The notes beneath the pieces are model-generated. The model saw only the letters and a program-made list of their open reading frames with translations, was not told the DNA's origin and ran no database searches. Below, one piece after another: positions 1 to 9,931 of a stretch of 32,000 nucleotides of DNA. The translations under genes and the position numbers were made by a program. Origin of the DNA: Pseudomonas phage inbricus; the sequence record MG018928.1; one strand, 5' to 3'. Every line of letters starts with the position of its first letter. The first letter of the stretch is position 1.

Positions 1-229
1 CCTGAGCAAAGCCCAGAGCATCGGCACGCTGTTCCGGTGTCAGTGCCGGGTCCACGGATTCGCGGACGTAGCGAGCACATTCCTTGGTGCAGAAGCCTTC
101 CAGCACAACCTTGCGGAAGAGCGGATTCTTCATCAGCTTCTGGAGTTCGTCGTTGGCTTCTTTGGCATGCTTCGCCTTGGCGAGCTGCTGTTCGAGGCCA
201 GCGATTTCATTTTCACGAGAGTACGTCAT
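1..229 (-). CDS. small virion/head-morphogenesis-region protein, partial (continues beyond left edge)
   Basis: Minus-strand ORF read by hand: MTYSRENEIAGLEQQLAKAKHAKEANDELQKLMKNPLFRKVVLEGFCTKECARYV..., open to the window edge; lies directly downstream of portal. Confidence 0.7.
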   Translation of the reverse strand, partial: MTYSRENEIAGLEQQLAKAKHAKEANDELQKLMKNPLFRKVVLEGFCTKECARYVRESVDPALTPEQRADALGFAQ

Positions 230-244
230 GGTCTGCCCTTATGT

Positions 245-2533
245 TTAACCACCGACCCGAATGGCCGGGTTGAGTGCCGGGTCCATACCCGGATTGAAAT
301 GCTGCGAACCAAGGTTGGCAGTACGATCACCGTTCATGGCCAGTTGGTCACGATCAATGGTGTTCGTTGCATCACCCTGACTCTGTGTGAGCGCATTATA
401 CCCAATTGCAGCAGGTATGTTAGGGGGAGTATCTCCTTCCTTTCCCGGTTGAAGCAAGGCTTTTGTGACTTGGAGTGCTTGGTTGCCTTCGGCTTGACCA
501 CGCTGCTTCTCCATATCACGAGCATGAGTAGTGCCAGTCCCTTGCTCAAGGTAGTCCAAGTTCTTCTTGTCTGCACTGGCTTGTTCAGCAGCAGCCTTGG
601 CTTTGTTGAGGTCGATCTCACTCTGGAGCTTCTCAACAGTCTTCCGCTTCTCTTCCAGCTCCAGTTGCTGCAACTCTTGAGCAACAGGATCAGGTTGAGG
701 CTGGTAAGTCTTGATCTGATGAGCCAGTACAGGCATACGCTTGAGACGTGCAATCTCAGCCAAGATCAACTTGGTGACATTGAAGTCCATCGTGTTGCCC
801 ATTGTCTGGAGCATGAAGGCCAAGTCATTGGACTTCTGGTTGTCCACTTCAGCAGTAGAGATGTCCACTTCCAGATCGAAGTTGCCCTTGAGGTCTTCTC
901 GATTGATCTGGACATACTCTTCATTGGTCACACGGACCACTTCTTGTTCACTGAGGAACACTGCGTTCATGGCGGTGATCTTCTCACCAACCTCGGTCAT
1001 ACCCTTGGCCATACGGCGAAGGATTGCCATCTCACGCTTGGACGATGCATCCAGAGCACCACGAATACCGGCAGCAACTTGACCATAGGCTTCACCGGAC
1101 ACACCACCAGAGAATGCCTTCACACCAGTGAGGGATTCGGCTTCTTGGTTCTGGAGGTTGGCCATCACCAGTGCAGACTGGGGAATCTCCGGGAACTTGT
1201 GTTCGATCAGACCCTGCTGAGGATTGAGCGTCGGGTTGTACTCATAGTCCTGACCCTGCTCATAGCGGCGACGGTTCAGCGGATCAAGCATGCCCTTGGC
1301 AAAGCCCTGCTGACCGTTGGCCGAACGACCAAGCAAGTCGATCATGCCACGAGTCACTGCACCCAGAATCTTCTGGTTGTCTTCCAGCAGTTCAGCATCT
1401 GCTTCACCGTAAAGCTCACGCTTCACAGGCAGATACGGGATCACCACGAACGGCAGCTTCTCATCCGGGAACGGGTTCTTCTCCATGCGAATCATGGTCG
1501 AACCGATCCAAGTGGCTACGAACGGGACGAGCACACCGTCACCCTCAGCATCCCACCAGCCCCAGTATTCATAGGCCACTGCCTTGCGACGGGCTTTGTC
1601 CTTGAACTGGTAGTCGGTCGGAGTAGAGGTGCCGTGGTTCGGATCATTGACCGGGCCGGTGTTCTCCCAGTTGATCTTGTCCAAGTTCTTGTAGCGATCA
1701 CCTTCCTTCTGGAGTTCTGCCAAGCAGGTCTCGAAGGAGACGATGGCGAACATGGCCTTGTCGATGTCACCTTGGCAGGACGGATCGAAGACCACGTTCT
1801 GGGGGTTCATGACTTCAACAGTCGGACGGTTCTCCAATGCCTTCTCGACTTCCACCTTCTGGGTGCCAGTCTGGACTGCATAGGTAGCCTGCTCGGTTTC
1901 CTCGTAGTACGCCACTGCCTGCTTGAGTTCTTCAGGCATGGTCTCGTTGTACTGACGGGGATTCTCCTGCTTCAGCTCCATTGCCTGCTGAAGAGCTTGG
2001 AGTTGCTCATCAGTTTCAATGGGGAGCATGGAGAAGACCGGGGCGTCTTCCTTCACCTTGATGGTGACACGCTTCCAGCCCAGACGAAGCACGCAGGTGC
2101 CCTCATCCACAGTGGATCGCACCATGTCGTCGATGAACTTGACCCGGTTCAGCTTGGTACGGAACTGCCAGTTCAGCAGCAGTTCGTTCTGGCGTGCAGC
2201 TTCCTCGTCCTCGAAAGTGACGGGGTTGACGGTGAACACCTTGTTGGAACCAAGGAAGGGTTCTGTCAGTGCAGAGTATCGCCACTCAGCCTGACGCCGG
2301 ATCAGCTTCGGCTGAACCTGAGAACGGTTATTGACCTTGGCAGGCTTGGCTTTACCCTTCACCTGCATCTGGTCGTTCCAGTTCTGAATCTTGGACATCT
2401 GGGAATCATGAGTCTGCTTCGCAGCGTCATAGTCCCCCTTCAATGCTCCAAGACTCGGCTCATTCGACCAGTCAGTCAGCTTGCCAGCCTGATTGGGATC
2501 AGGCGGTGGCAGGTTGTTGAGTTGTTCTTCCAT
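245..2533 (-). CDS. portal protein, N4 gp59-like
   Basis: 762-aa ORF; size and sequence ([27 protein letters not shown]..., [15 protein letters not shown]-type C-terminal region) and gene order match N4-like portal proteins. Confidence 0.85.
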   Translation of the reverse strand: MEEQLNNLPPPDPNQAGKLTDWSNEPSLGALKGDYDAAKQTHDSQMSKIQNWNDQMQVKGKAKPAKVNNRSQVQPKLIRRQAEWRYSALTEPFLGSNKVFTVNPVTFEDEEAARQNELLLNWQFRTKLNRVKFIDDMVRSTVDEGTCVLRLGWKRVTIKVKEDAPVFSMLPIETDEQLQALQQAMELKQENPRQYNETMPEELKQAVAYYEETEQATYAVQTGTQKVEVEKALENRPTVEVMNPQNVVFDPSCQGDIDKAMFAIVSFETCLAELQKEGDRYKNLDKINWENTGPVNDPNHGTSTPTDYQFKDKARRKAVAYEYWGWWDAEGDGVLVPFVATWIGSTMIRMEKNPFPDEKLPFVVIPYLPVKRELYGEADAELLEDNQKILGAVTRGMIDLLGRSANGQQGFAKGMLDPLNRRRYEQGQDYEYNPTLNPQQGLIEHKFPEIPQSALVMANLQNQEAESLTGVKAFSGGVSGEAYGQVAAGIRGALDASSKREMAILRRMAKGMTEVGEKITAMNAVFLSEQEVVRVTNEEYVQINREDLKGNFDLEVDISTAEVDNQKSNDLAFMLQTMGNTMDFNVTKLILAEIARLKRMPVLAHQIKTYQPQPDPVAQELQQLELEEKRKTVEKLQSEIDLNKAKAAAEQASADKKNLDYLEQGTGTTHARDMEKQRGQAEGNQALQVTKALLQPGKEGDTPPNIPAAIGYNALTQSQGDATNTIDRDQLAMNGDRTANLGSQHFNPGMDPALNPAIRVGG

Positions 2534-2542
2534 ATCGAATCC

Positions 2543-3055
2543 CTATTCAAAGAGGCGTCGGTCAGCCTTGATCTGTTCCCCCAACTGGATCAGTTGTCGG
2601 TCACGGAGTCCAAGAGTTGCCCGGAGTTCTTCAACCAGTTGTCGGCCTTCTTCAAGAGAGGCGTCGAGTCTGGCTGCATGGCTTGCAAGACTTCGGCACT
2701 GAGCGGCTCCGCCTTCGGCTTGACGTTGGTATATCGCTGCTCGCCCTTCAGACTTCCGCAGGCGGTCAGCGTACTCAGCATCAATACGAGCAAGCTCGCT
2801 TTCATGAGATGACTTTGCATCACGAAGTTCCTTCTGTAGATCATCCACCTCGGTACGGTGCTTGGCTTCCTTCAGAGCGTTCTCATCCTTCAGCCGATTG
2901 GCTTCCCGGAGATCAGCGATCTTCTGGTCATCCCATTTCTTCTGGACCGAGGCTTCGCCAGAGCTGGAACCAAGGGAGTAAGTGCCCCAGAGAGCAAGGG
3001 CCGTAGCCCCTGCCACTATCAGGTACACCCACTTACTGCTGAACAGTGTCTTCAT
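2543..3055 (-). CDS. Rz-like inner-membrane spanin
   Basis: N-terminal TM (YLIVAGATALALWGTYSLG) followed by a long charged coiled-coil region; immediately downstream of the muramidase. Confidence 0.75.
   Translation of the reverse strand: MKTLFSSKWVYLIVAGATALALWGTYSLGSSSGEASVQKKWDDQKIADLREANRLKDENALKEAKHRTEVDDLQKELRDAKSSHESELARIDAEYADRLRKSEGRAAIYQRQAEGGAAQCRSLASHAARLDASLEEGRQLVEELRATLGLRDRQLIQLGEQIKADRRLFE
2590..2844 (-). CDS. Rz1-like outer-membrane lipoprotein spanin, embedded in Rz
   Basis: Out-of-frame ORF inside Rz; signal peptide plus lipobox LSTLTAC; true start is likely the internal MQSHLMKASLLVLMLSTLTAC. Confidence 0.75.
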   Translation of the reverse strand: MIYRRNFVMQSHLMKASLLVLMLSTLTACGSLKGEQRYTNVKPKAEPLSAEVLQAMQPDSTPLLKKADNWLKNSGQLLDSVTDN

Positions 3056-3671
3056 TGCAGGTGTCCAGTGGGACGTTATCCACCCGGTTGATGATCCATC
3101 CCGGTGTGAAGTCGTCCATGTTAAGAGATAAATAGTGGGTAGTCTGCTTGCCGTCCAGCATCTTGATCACCATCTGGCATGCAACCACAGCACCACGTTT
3201 CTTCTGGAGAGACTTGTACGCTGCCACAGTAGCTGGCCCAACTTTACCATCAGAGGTAAGTTTGGGGTAGTCCTTCCCATTGCGGGAGACGGAGTTCAGG
3301 GAGTCCTGAAACCACTTGGCAGACCGGGTAGTACCAGCATTCACCCCGATGTCCACCAGCTTGTTGGTCACGGCAGGGGACAGTGGAATGATCTTGTCGA
3401 AGCCGGGCTTCTCGATGTAGTCCTTGAAGTAGATGGACGTGGCCATCTCCTTGGTCAGAGACTTCATATTGCCGTTCCAGCCCTGCTTGACCAGCTCATC
3501 CTTGTGCTGTTGAGCAACTGCAATGGTCACTCCGTGGTTGGTCTCGCCACCGGGGTCTTTGGGATCATTGACCCAGCCACCCTCGACAGCGAGCACACCA
3601 CCGATGATGGCTGCAATCACACCAGCAATGCCCCCCTTCTTGTAAGTAGAGGCAGTCACTTTATTTGCCAT
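3033..3671 (-). CDS. endolysin, N-acetylmuramidase (GH108-type, N4 gp61-like) with N-terminal signal-anchor segment
   Basis: IIGGVLAVEGGWVNDPKDPGGETNHGVTIAVAQQH contains the EGG...DPGGxTNxGVT signature; hydrophobic N-terminus; PG-binding-like C-terminal region. Confidence 0.9.
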   Translation of the reverse strand: MANKVTASTYKKGGIAGVIAAIIGGVLAVEGGWVNDPKDPGGETNHGVTIAVAQQHKDELVKQGWNGNMKSLTKEMATSIYFKDYIEKPGFDKIIPLSPAVTNKLVDIGVNAGTTRSAKWFQDSLNSVSRNGKDYPKLTSDGKVGPATVAAYKSLQKKRGAVVACQMVIKMLDGKQTTHYLSLNMDDFTPGWIINRVDNVPLDTCNEDTVQQ

Positions 3672-3921
3672 TGGTTTTCCTCTTCATTCGGAACATCTTG
3701 ACCAGCAGAACGCTGGCCCACAATCCCAGTGCAATAGCTGAACCATAGGGGATACGTTCCAACAGATGACGGGGCAGGGCGATGACTCATGACTGGAGCA
3801 CCTCCACTACCCCGAAAATGATGGCACTACCCGAGCCAACATGCACTGAGAGTCGCTTCAGGCGGGCCTTCCACTCGGGAACAGGCTCAACCGGAATGCG
3901 ATGCCTCAGTTTCCTAGCCAC
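3661..3921 (-). CDS. candidate two-TM holin interrupted by an in-frame TGA (3787-3789)
   Basis: GTG start at 3921 with AAGGAG upstream; 44 codons ending ...HVGSGSAIIFGVVEVLQS, then TGA, then 41 sense codons in the same frame (VIALPRHLLERIPYGSAIALGLWASVLLVKMFRMKRKTNGK) ending in TAA that overlaps the endolysin start. Confidence 0.5.
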
Positions 3922-4238
3922 GCAGCGATCTCCTTCTTTGCTGTCCAGAGGAAGGTAATCAGACCACCGGCGATGGCCCAAACCCACTTACCTGCGATCC
4001 CAGCACCAACAACCTTGTGCTTGATGGTGATGAACTCTTCGATGGTGGGAGCCTGCTGGGTCAGGCTTTGTTCCACTTGACCCATGCGTCCGTCGAGCTT
4101 GGTGATGCTCTGTGCCAGCTCTTCAGTCTTCTCATACTGCTGCTTTCGGCTTTCGCGGTCTTGCGCCATGCCCTGTAGGACTTGGTTCAGTCGCTCTTCG
4201 AGGCGAGCGAGCTGCACCTCAGTCGGTTCTGTGCTCAT
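3906..4238 (-). CDS. lysis-cassette membrane protein (coiled coil plus C-terminal TM)
   Basis: 110-aa ORF; one C-terminal TM (KWVWAIAGGLITFLW); immediately upstream of the holin-like ORF. Confidence 0.65.
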   Translation of the reverse strand: MSTEPTEVQLARLEERLNQVLQGMAQDRESRKQQYEKTEELAQSITKLDGRMGQVEQSLTQQAPTIEEFITIKHKVVGAGIAGKWVWAIAGGLITFLWTAKKEIAAWLGN

Positions 4239-4364
4239 ACGTTTCCCATGTATGAAACGAAGAAACCAGGTTGCCCCGGTTCCTTCTTGTGTGTCATCCC
4301 TATCTAAATAGGGGCCGGAGAATAGACTTTGTAAGCCCAGACCGAATCATAACTGACCTAGAGT

Positions 4365-5630
4365 TCAGCAGCCACACACTTTAGGACGGGCGTAGTACAC
4401 ACCATCCCGCATGACCTGTGTGTAGGACCAAGGGTAGATGATCTTGATCCCTGCTTCTTGGGCCAGTGCCCATGCCTTGTCCACGTCTCCCCAAATCTTC
4501 TTCGCATCTTCAGGCTTCAGCACGAAGCCAATGAAGTAGTGAACAACATCTTTGGGATAGTGGAGCAACTCAGTAGCAGCCTCAAAGGTCTTCGGCACCA
4601 AGTCCAGCCGACCATCAATGATCCAGTCATAGTCCTCAATCTGCACGAACTCGTAGTTGGGGTAGACCCACTCCGACATCGGGAAGTTGAGACGGAACGT
4701 CAGCTCACTAGCGGGGGACATAACCTGTGGGCTGAAGAACAACAGTGTAGCCTGAGCATTGGGGAAGACCTGCTTCACCTTGTCTCGAACATAGTTGGTG
4801 GACTGTCCGAGCTTGGTGCAGAGCCAGTCAACATACGGCCACTGGTTCTCAGCCACCGGAGCAAAGATGTCCGTGATCCAAGGAGTAGGTACATCATTGC
4901 CAGTCTCCGCCTTGTACAGATCCATTGTCCGTTGGTCATACAGGCAAGGGGCGTTCTTACCAATCCCATTGTTGTAGGAACCATCCCACCACCACGGCTC
5001 ACCAATCTGGAAGTGAGGGATCATCCCCTCATTGACCATTGCTTGCAGGATTTGAACCTGTGCTTTGGCAATGTAGTCCAGAGGCTCCGGGTTGGTAGGC
5101 TGGATGAACGAGGACGGCGGATACCAACCAGACTGTGCTGGATCGCCACGGAAGTTCCGTTGCTTCCACTGCTCAGGCATGAAGAAGTCCAGAATCTCGT
5201 AGGCCACCGAGTTCACGAACTTGAAGCCAAGCGGGTGGATCAGCTTGAAGAAGCGACGGTAGAACTCCATCGTCGGGTAGTTCACCGGCTGGGTCTCAGC
5301 CACTGGGTCCCAACCCAACCGACCAACGAACCAGTAGTCATCACGGCTATGCGTCACCGGGCTGACCAGAGGATACGGGCCGATCACGTTGAGGATCGTC
5401 TGAGCCAAGTCATGGCAGACCATCTGGGAAGTCTGGGTGTTAAAGTGCAACTGCCCAATCCCCGGCTCAAACAGGAAGTGGTCCGGGCCGTATTGCTTGG
5501 TCAAAGCACCCAGATGGATGCCCGGAACCTCAGCAATGATCTCGGACTGAATACGCCGGATGTCGATACGCTGGGCCTCGAAGTCAGGCTCAGGCATAGA
5601 CACCATAGCGGTCATCGTCAATGCGCTCAT
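4365..5630 (-). CDS. virion/tail-associated protein, possible glycosidase-like fold
   Basis: 421 aa from MSALTMTAM; located between the tail sheath protein and lysis genes. Segment [12 protein letters not shown] resembles an active-site-like loop; function is inferred. Confidence 0.6.
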   Translation of the reverse strand: MSALTMTAMVSMPEPDFEAQRIDIRRIQSEIIAEVPGIHLGALTKQYGPDHFLFEPGIGQLHFNTQTSQMVCHDLAQTILNVIGPYPLVSPVTHSRDDYWFVGRLGWDPVAETQPVNYPTMEFYRRFFKLIHPLGFKFVNSVAYEILDFFMPEQWKQRNFRGDPAQSGWYPPSSFIQPTNPEPLDYIAKAQVQILQAMVNEGMIPHFQIGEPWWWDGSYNNGIGKNAPCLYDQRTMDLYKAETGNDVPTPWITDIFAPVAENQWPYVDWLCTKLGQSTNYVRDKVKQVFPNAQATLLFFSPQVMSPASELTFRLNFPMSEWVYPNYEFVQIEDYDWIIDGRLDLVPKTFEAATELLHYPKDVVHYFIGFVLKPEDAKKIWGDVDKAWALAQEAGIKIIYPWSYTQVMRDGVYYARPKVCGC

Positions 5631-5638
5631 AAGTAAAC

Positions 5639-5660
5639 CCCTCCCCATTGCTGGGGAGGG
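5639..5660 (-). terminator. GC-rich hairpin between the tail sheath gene and the next late gene
   Basis: CCCTCCCC-loop-GGGGAGGG, 8-bp stem, just upstream of the ATG at 5630; only a short T run (GTTTAC). Confidence 0.45.
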
Positions 5661-5669
5661 TCTCCGTAG

Positions 5670-8600
5670 TTAGAGGGGAGTAGCGTCGTCGCTGAACTCG
5701 ACCTTGTTGTTGGATGCACCATCAGGGCGACGAGGACGGACACGCCACATCACGTTGGTGACAGCATAGCCGTAGACAGCACGCATCTCGGCAGCAGTCC
5801 AAGTGATCTGGGGAACCGTCACAGTAGCACTCTTCGCAATGGAAGAGTTCTCCAAGTTGACGATCTCCACATCCCACTCCGAACCATCCATGACATCCCA
5901 GTACATGGTCACATCGCCATCGACGTTGATGACTCGTGCCCAGCCTTGTTCCGGCTGCTCTGCCCGCTGAGGTTCACCACTCCAGCGAGTATTCGGGCCG
6001 TACACATCGTTGGCAATGTCGTGCTCCTTGGCGTCGAAGGTAACGTTAAATGCCGTGAAGCCGTACTCAGCGATCTGCTCTGCACGAGTCCAGATACGGG
6101 ACGAACCAGTCAGGACTTCAGTGAAGATCGGATTGCCAGTTCCCAAGTTCACGTTGGTGATCTGCACATCTCGCTGAGGTGCCGATGGGCTGGGAGTCCA
6201 CACGAACTTGATGTCCGAGCCGCCCTTGTCCCCCAACTGGAGTGCAGCCATGCCTTCCACCGGGTTGAGCGGATTCAACGGAGGCAGCGGCGTACCGTTG
6301 TACTCAGCACCGACAGACGTAACGTCTTCAGCAATGTCGTACTCGGACACACGGAATGCCACATAGTTGGCTCCCTCAGTACCACCGTAGTAGGCCAACT
6401 GATCCGCCAGAGTCCACACCAGAGTCTCAGTACCCCACGGCTTGGCAAAGATCGCCTTGCTCGAATTGCCTGCGTCGAGGTTCTCGACGTAGAAGGACTG
6501 ATGCTCAGGACGGCCTTGCCACGAGAAGGTGATGTCACCATTCAGCGACTTCTTGGCCGACACGTTCTTCGGTGCCTGCATGTAGTCGCCGGTGATGACC
6601 TTCTTCTGGTACATGGCCTGCGGACCCATCGTGTTCGACGCTTCCACATACTCGCTCACACCGAAGTCGAGGTTCTCAGTCTCGCTCTGGTATGCCTGCT
6701 GCTGTTCCAGCAGAGTGAAGCGGAACTCAGGAACGTCAACAAACCCTTCCTTGATCACTGCTGCGTTGTCCAGTCGGCGGTTCATGAAGTGCCACTTGGT
6801 GATACCTGGACGAGGGGTCCACGTCACAACGATGTCACGGTTGGCCTTCTTCACTGCACGAAGGTTCGGAGGCGGAGCCAGTTTGGTCCAGTCAGGCGGG
6901 TTCAGAGCACGGTTGATGTTCTTCGCCAGTGCCTCACCGACTTCACGAGCTGCTGCGTGATAGCCATCCAGTGAGTAGTGAACCCAGCCAATGCCACGAT
7001 CCATCTCGTTGTAGTAGGTCTGGTACAGGTTGGCATCAGGCACATACGACGCCATCTTGAAGCCGATCCCTTCCAGAGACATGCTCTCCTGAATCTTGCG
7101 GAGTTCTGCTGCACCTTCAGCGTTGGACTCTTGCGGAGGCGGAGCACCCCACCACGAAGTCGTAGCACCTTGGAACCAGATTTCCAGATTCGGATTGCCC
7201 CAGTTGGTTCGCATCCAAGCCAGCATCTCGATGTTCGACTGACGCCACTGGCTGATGATGCCCGGCCACATGGACTTGTCGGCATAAGCGATACCAGTCG
7301 TCTCACCCGGACCAGACTCAATGAAGTAGTCAGGCACCTTGGCCGAAGACTTCACGATCTCATCAGCGATGATCAAGTTCGGTCCCGGCTGCTTGGTGAC
7401 AGGGTTCCACCAGTAGTTCTCAGGATCGAAGCCCGGTTGGTAGGTCATCGGGTTGATCGGGCTGGAACCCACCACCGTCATGACCGGGATCACTTCGATG
7501 TCACGCAGACCAGCATTCGCAGCCAGAGTCTTACGCAGAGTCGATGCAGCGATCACGTCCTTACGTCCCGGCTTACCAGAACCCCCGTGGTTCAGCGGAT
7601 CGGACAGGTCGTTGAAGTAGCCACCGATCAGCGAGTTGATACCGCAAATGATGCGCTTCTTCACCAGACCAACATCGTCGATCTTCACTTCATCGGACCA
7701 AGGCTTGGACTTCACCTCGTTGCCACGGTACATGGCCACCACACGGTACTTGATGTAGCCCCACTCGAACTGATCGCCCTGAGCTTCGACCATCACAGGG
7801 ACGTTCTGCTCAATGGCCCAGTCAGCGTAGACATAGCCATCCACCACTTGAGTACCGGGAACCACGAAGGAATGGATGATCTTCTCCCAGCCATCAGGAT
7901 GGTAGATTTCCACTCGGTACTGCACGAACTCCGGGTCCACGCCATAGGACTTCCAGCGGAACTCCAAGTCGCCCCACGAGTTACGGCGGGCAGTCAGGTA
8001 GGTCGGCAGACCAATCTGCACAGGCACGTTCGGCTCTTCGACGTTGGTGATGCCCCAGCCATACCCTTGCTCTTGAATGTAGATCGGAAGGTCTGCACCC
8101 CAGAGCGAGCGGAAGTAGGCGAAGATTTTCTTGGTCGCTTCTTTACTGCGAGCCAAGGAAGGCTTGGGTACACGATCAGCAGGGTACTTCAGTGCCGAGG
8201 CGTCTTGATCACCTTGGCCCCAGATCACCAGCTTGGGGATGTCCTCACCGACTTCTTCGATGCAGTGGAGCAGTGCCGGACCGGGCTTGTCTGCTTCCAA
8301 GTCCCACCACCAGAGGCCACCCTTGGTAGTCGTCTGGTCCGGGTCCCAGACATCAGAGTTCGGGTTCACCGAGCACATGCGTTCCGATGCAGTGGAACCA
8401 GTGGCCCCATTGATCGGCTTCACACCTGCATAGTTGATGCCCCACTGTTCGGTCATGTACTTCTGGAACTCGTCCTGCCCACGGTTGGGGTACTGACCGA
8501 TGACGAAGTGACCGGAGATCATCGACTGACCTGCCATCAAGACAGGGAACTCCAGCACAGCAGTCTGGTTGACCAAGTGGCCATCGACCTTGTGTTGGTA

Positions 8601-9857
8601 CGCAGTCATGCCCTTCCAGTAGTGAGACATGCCAATGTACGTGGTCCACCAGTCACGGTAGCCCAAGTCATAGGTCATCTGCACCTGACGCTCAGGGGTG
8701 AGGTTGTACCCGTCGTCGAAGCCAGCAGTCATGCCGAGGTTGGCCACTGGCTGGACGTAGCGACGCTTCTTCAGGGTCTTCACACCGGAACCAGAGAGGG
8801 TCATGTTGACGAAATACTTGTCAGCATCCTTCTGTTCGATGGGGCAGGCTTCCTTTAGGTACTTGCCGAGGAATGCGTCAGCAGCCACGAACGTACCGGG
8901 CAGGGTTCCCTTACAACGGACAGAGAAGTTGGAAGTACCGAAGCCAGTGAAGCTGACCACCGGGAACTCCATCTCGGCCATCGTCTGGCCGCCCTTGTCA
9001 TTCCAGTAGCGGTAGATGATCTGAAGGGTGTCACCCTCGGTCAAGTTGGCGTTGGTGTGGATACTACCAACTTCCACCTGCACAGTACCATCACCGTTGT
9101 CCTTGATCAGCGAGCAGAATGCTTTCCGACCCAGACCGTGATGTGCCTCGGTGCAGTCGAAGCTGACCATCTTGATGTTGCGAGGGTTGACGATGGGGCC
9201 AGTGTAGGTCTGCTGGGTGCGCAGGTCACCGAAGTCCAGAATGTAGATGTAGTCCTTCCGCCCCCATGCCGGAGTGATCTGGTCATCAGGGATGGAGAAG
9301 TCACCGGCTTGGAAGATGTCAGCCTGATAGGACTTCTTGGTTCCGTACTTCTTGTCGAGGTTTTCCCAGCGACGGTTCTTCTCGTTGAAGACGTAGGGAG
9401 ACAGCCGGTAGGTCCATGCCTTCTCGGGAGTCTCGATGGTGACGGTGAACTTGTCCGGCTCATCAGGGTTGTGCTGGAAAGCCAGAATCAGACCCAGATA
9501 GTTGGAGTGCTCTTGGTATGTGAAGTAGGGGTGGCTGAAGGTGTCCTTCGACATCCAGCGAACACCCAAGAAGTCTTGGTTGGTTCGCCATTGAACAGGC
9601 ACACGGAAAGAGCGCTCACCTTCCGGCAGGATGGTAGCGACCATGTGTGCGTTGTAGTCCACAACCCAGTGATCAGGCTGGAAGCGATGCAGGCTTGCGT
9701 TGAACGGCTTGCTTCGACGAGGGTTCGCCAAGAGCAAGTGGACACGTTCATCACCCAGCTTCGGAAGGTCTTCCTTCATGCTGGAGTGCCAGTCATCAAG
9801 CTCCCACTTCGGAGGGACAGTGCAGTCCCGTCCTTTACGGTAGTCGTCGATGCTCAT
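5670..9857 (-). CDS. non-contractile tail sheath/appendage protein, N4 gp65-like
   Basis: 1395-aa ORF of the size and position of N4 gp65; has SGNH/esterase-like segments (e.g. PKLVIWGQGDQDA; NLEIWFQGATTSWWG) and a FN3-like tail. Confidence 0.7.
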   Translation of the reverse strand: MSIDDYRKGRDCTVPPKWELDDWHSSMKEDLPKLGDERVHLLLANPRRSKPFNASLHRFQPDHWVVDYNAHMVATILPEGERSFRVPVQWRTNQDFLGVRWMSKDTFSHPYFTYQEHSNYLGLILAFQHNPDEPDKFTVTIETPEKAWTYRLSPYVFNEKNRRWENLDKKYGTKKSYQADIFQAGDFSIPDDQITPAWGRKDYIYILDFGDLRTQQTYTGPIVNPRNIKMVSFDCTEAHHGLGRKAFCSLIKDNGDGTVQVEVGSIHTNANLTEGDTLQIIYRYWNDKGGQTMAEMEFPVVSFTGFGTSNFSVRCKGTLPGTFVAADAFLGKYLKEACPIEQKDADKYFVNMTLSGSGVKTLKKRRYVQPVANLGMTAGFDDGYNLTPERQVQMTYDLGYRDWWTTYIGMSHYWKGMTAYQHKVDGHLVNQTAVLEFPVLMAGQSMISGHFVIGQYPNRGQDEFQKYMTEQWGINYAGVKPINGATGSTASERMCSVNPNSDVWDPDQTTTKGGLWWWDLEADKPGPALLHCIEEVGEDIPKLVIWGQGDQDASALKYPADRVPKPSLARSKEATKKIFAYFRSLWGADLPIYIQEQGYGWGITNVEEPNVPVQIGLPTYLTARRNSWGDLEFRWKSYGVDPEFVQYRVEIYHPDGWEKIIHSFVVPGTQVVDGYVYADWAIEQNVPVMVEAQGDQFEWGYIKYRVVAMYRGNEVKSKPWSDEVKIDDVGLVKKRIICGINSLIGGYFNDLSDPLNHGGSGKPGRKDVIAASTLRKTLAANAGLRDIEVIPVMTVVGSSPINPMTYQPGFDPENYWWNPVTKQPGPNLIIADEIVKSSAKVPDYFIESGPGETTGIAYADKSMWPGIISQWRQSNIEMLAWMRTNWGNPNLEIWFQGATTSWWGAPPPQESNAEGAAELRKIQESMSLEGIGFKMASYVPDANLYQTYYNEMDRGIGWVHYSLDGYHAAAREVGEALAKNINRALNPPDWTKLAPPPNLRAVKKANRDIVVTWTPRPGITKWHFMNRRLDNAAVIKEGFVDVPEFRFTLLEQQQAYQSETENLDFGVSEYVEASNTMGPQAMYQKKVITGDYMQAPKNVSAKKSLNGDITFSWQGRPEHQSFYVENLDAGNSSKAIFAKPWGTETLVWTLADQLAYYGGTEGANYVAFRVSEYDIAEDVTSVGAEYNGTPLPPLNPLNPVEGMAALQLGDKGGSDIKFVWTPSPSAPQRDVQITNVNLGTGNPIFTEVLTGSSRIWTRAEQIAEYGFTAFNVTFDAKEHDIANDVYGPNTRWSGEPQRAEQPEQGWARVINVDGDVTMYWDVMDGSEWDVEIVNLENSSIAKSATVTVPQITWTAAEMRAVYGYAVTNVMWRVRPRRPDGASNNKVEFSDDATPL

Positions 9858-9871
9858 GAGTGTTCCTCTTG

Positions 9872-9900
9872 TAAAAAGAAGGGGCCAGCGAACCGGCCCC
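9872..9900 (-). terminator. intrinsic terminator downstream of the appendage gene
   Basis: Minus strand GGGGCCGG-TTCG-CTGGCCCC followed by TTCTTTTT. Confidence 0.75.
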
Positions 9901-9931
9901 CTACCAGAATACTACAGGTTATCGGAAACCT

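Noticed and set aside
167-2812. 881-aa plus-strand ORF opposite the portal
   Set aside because: Antisense to a confident structural gene; composition (Leu/Val/His-rich, low complexity) is typical of reverse-strand shadow ORFs in GC-rich codon-biased DNA.
3112-3135. AAGAGATAAATAG resembling the 19-bp repeat
   Set aside because: Lies inside the endolysin coding region and matches only the central part; probably chance.
6978-8858. 626-aa plus-strand ORF opposite the tail sheath gene
   Set aside because: Shadow ORF caused by codon bias; no recognisable domain or RBS context.
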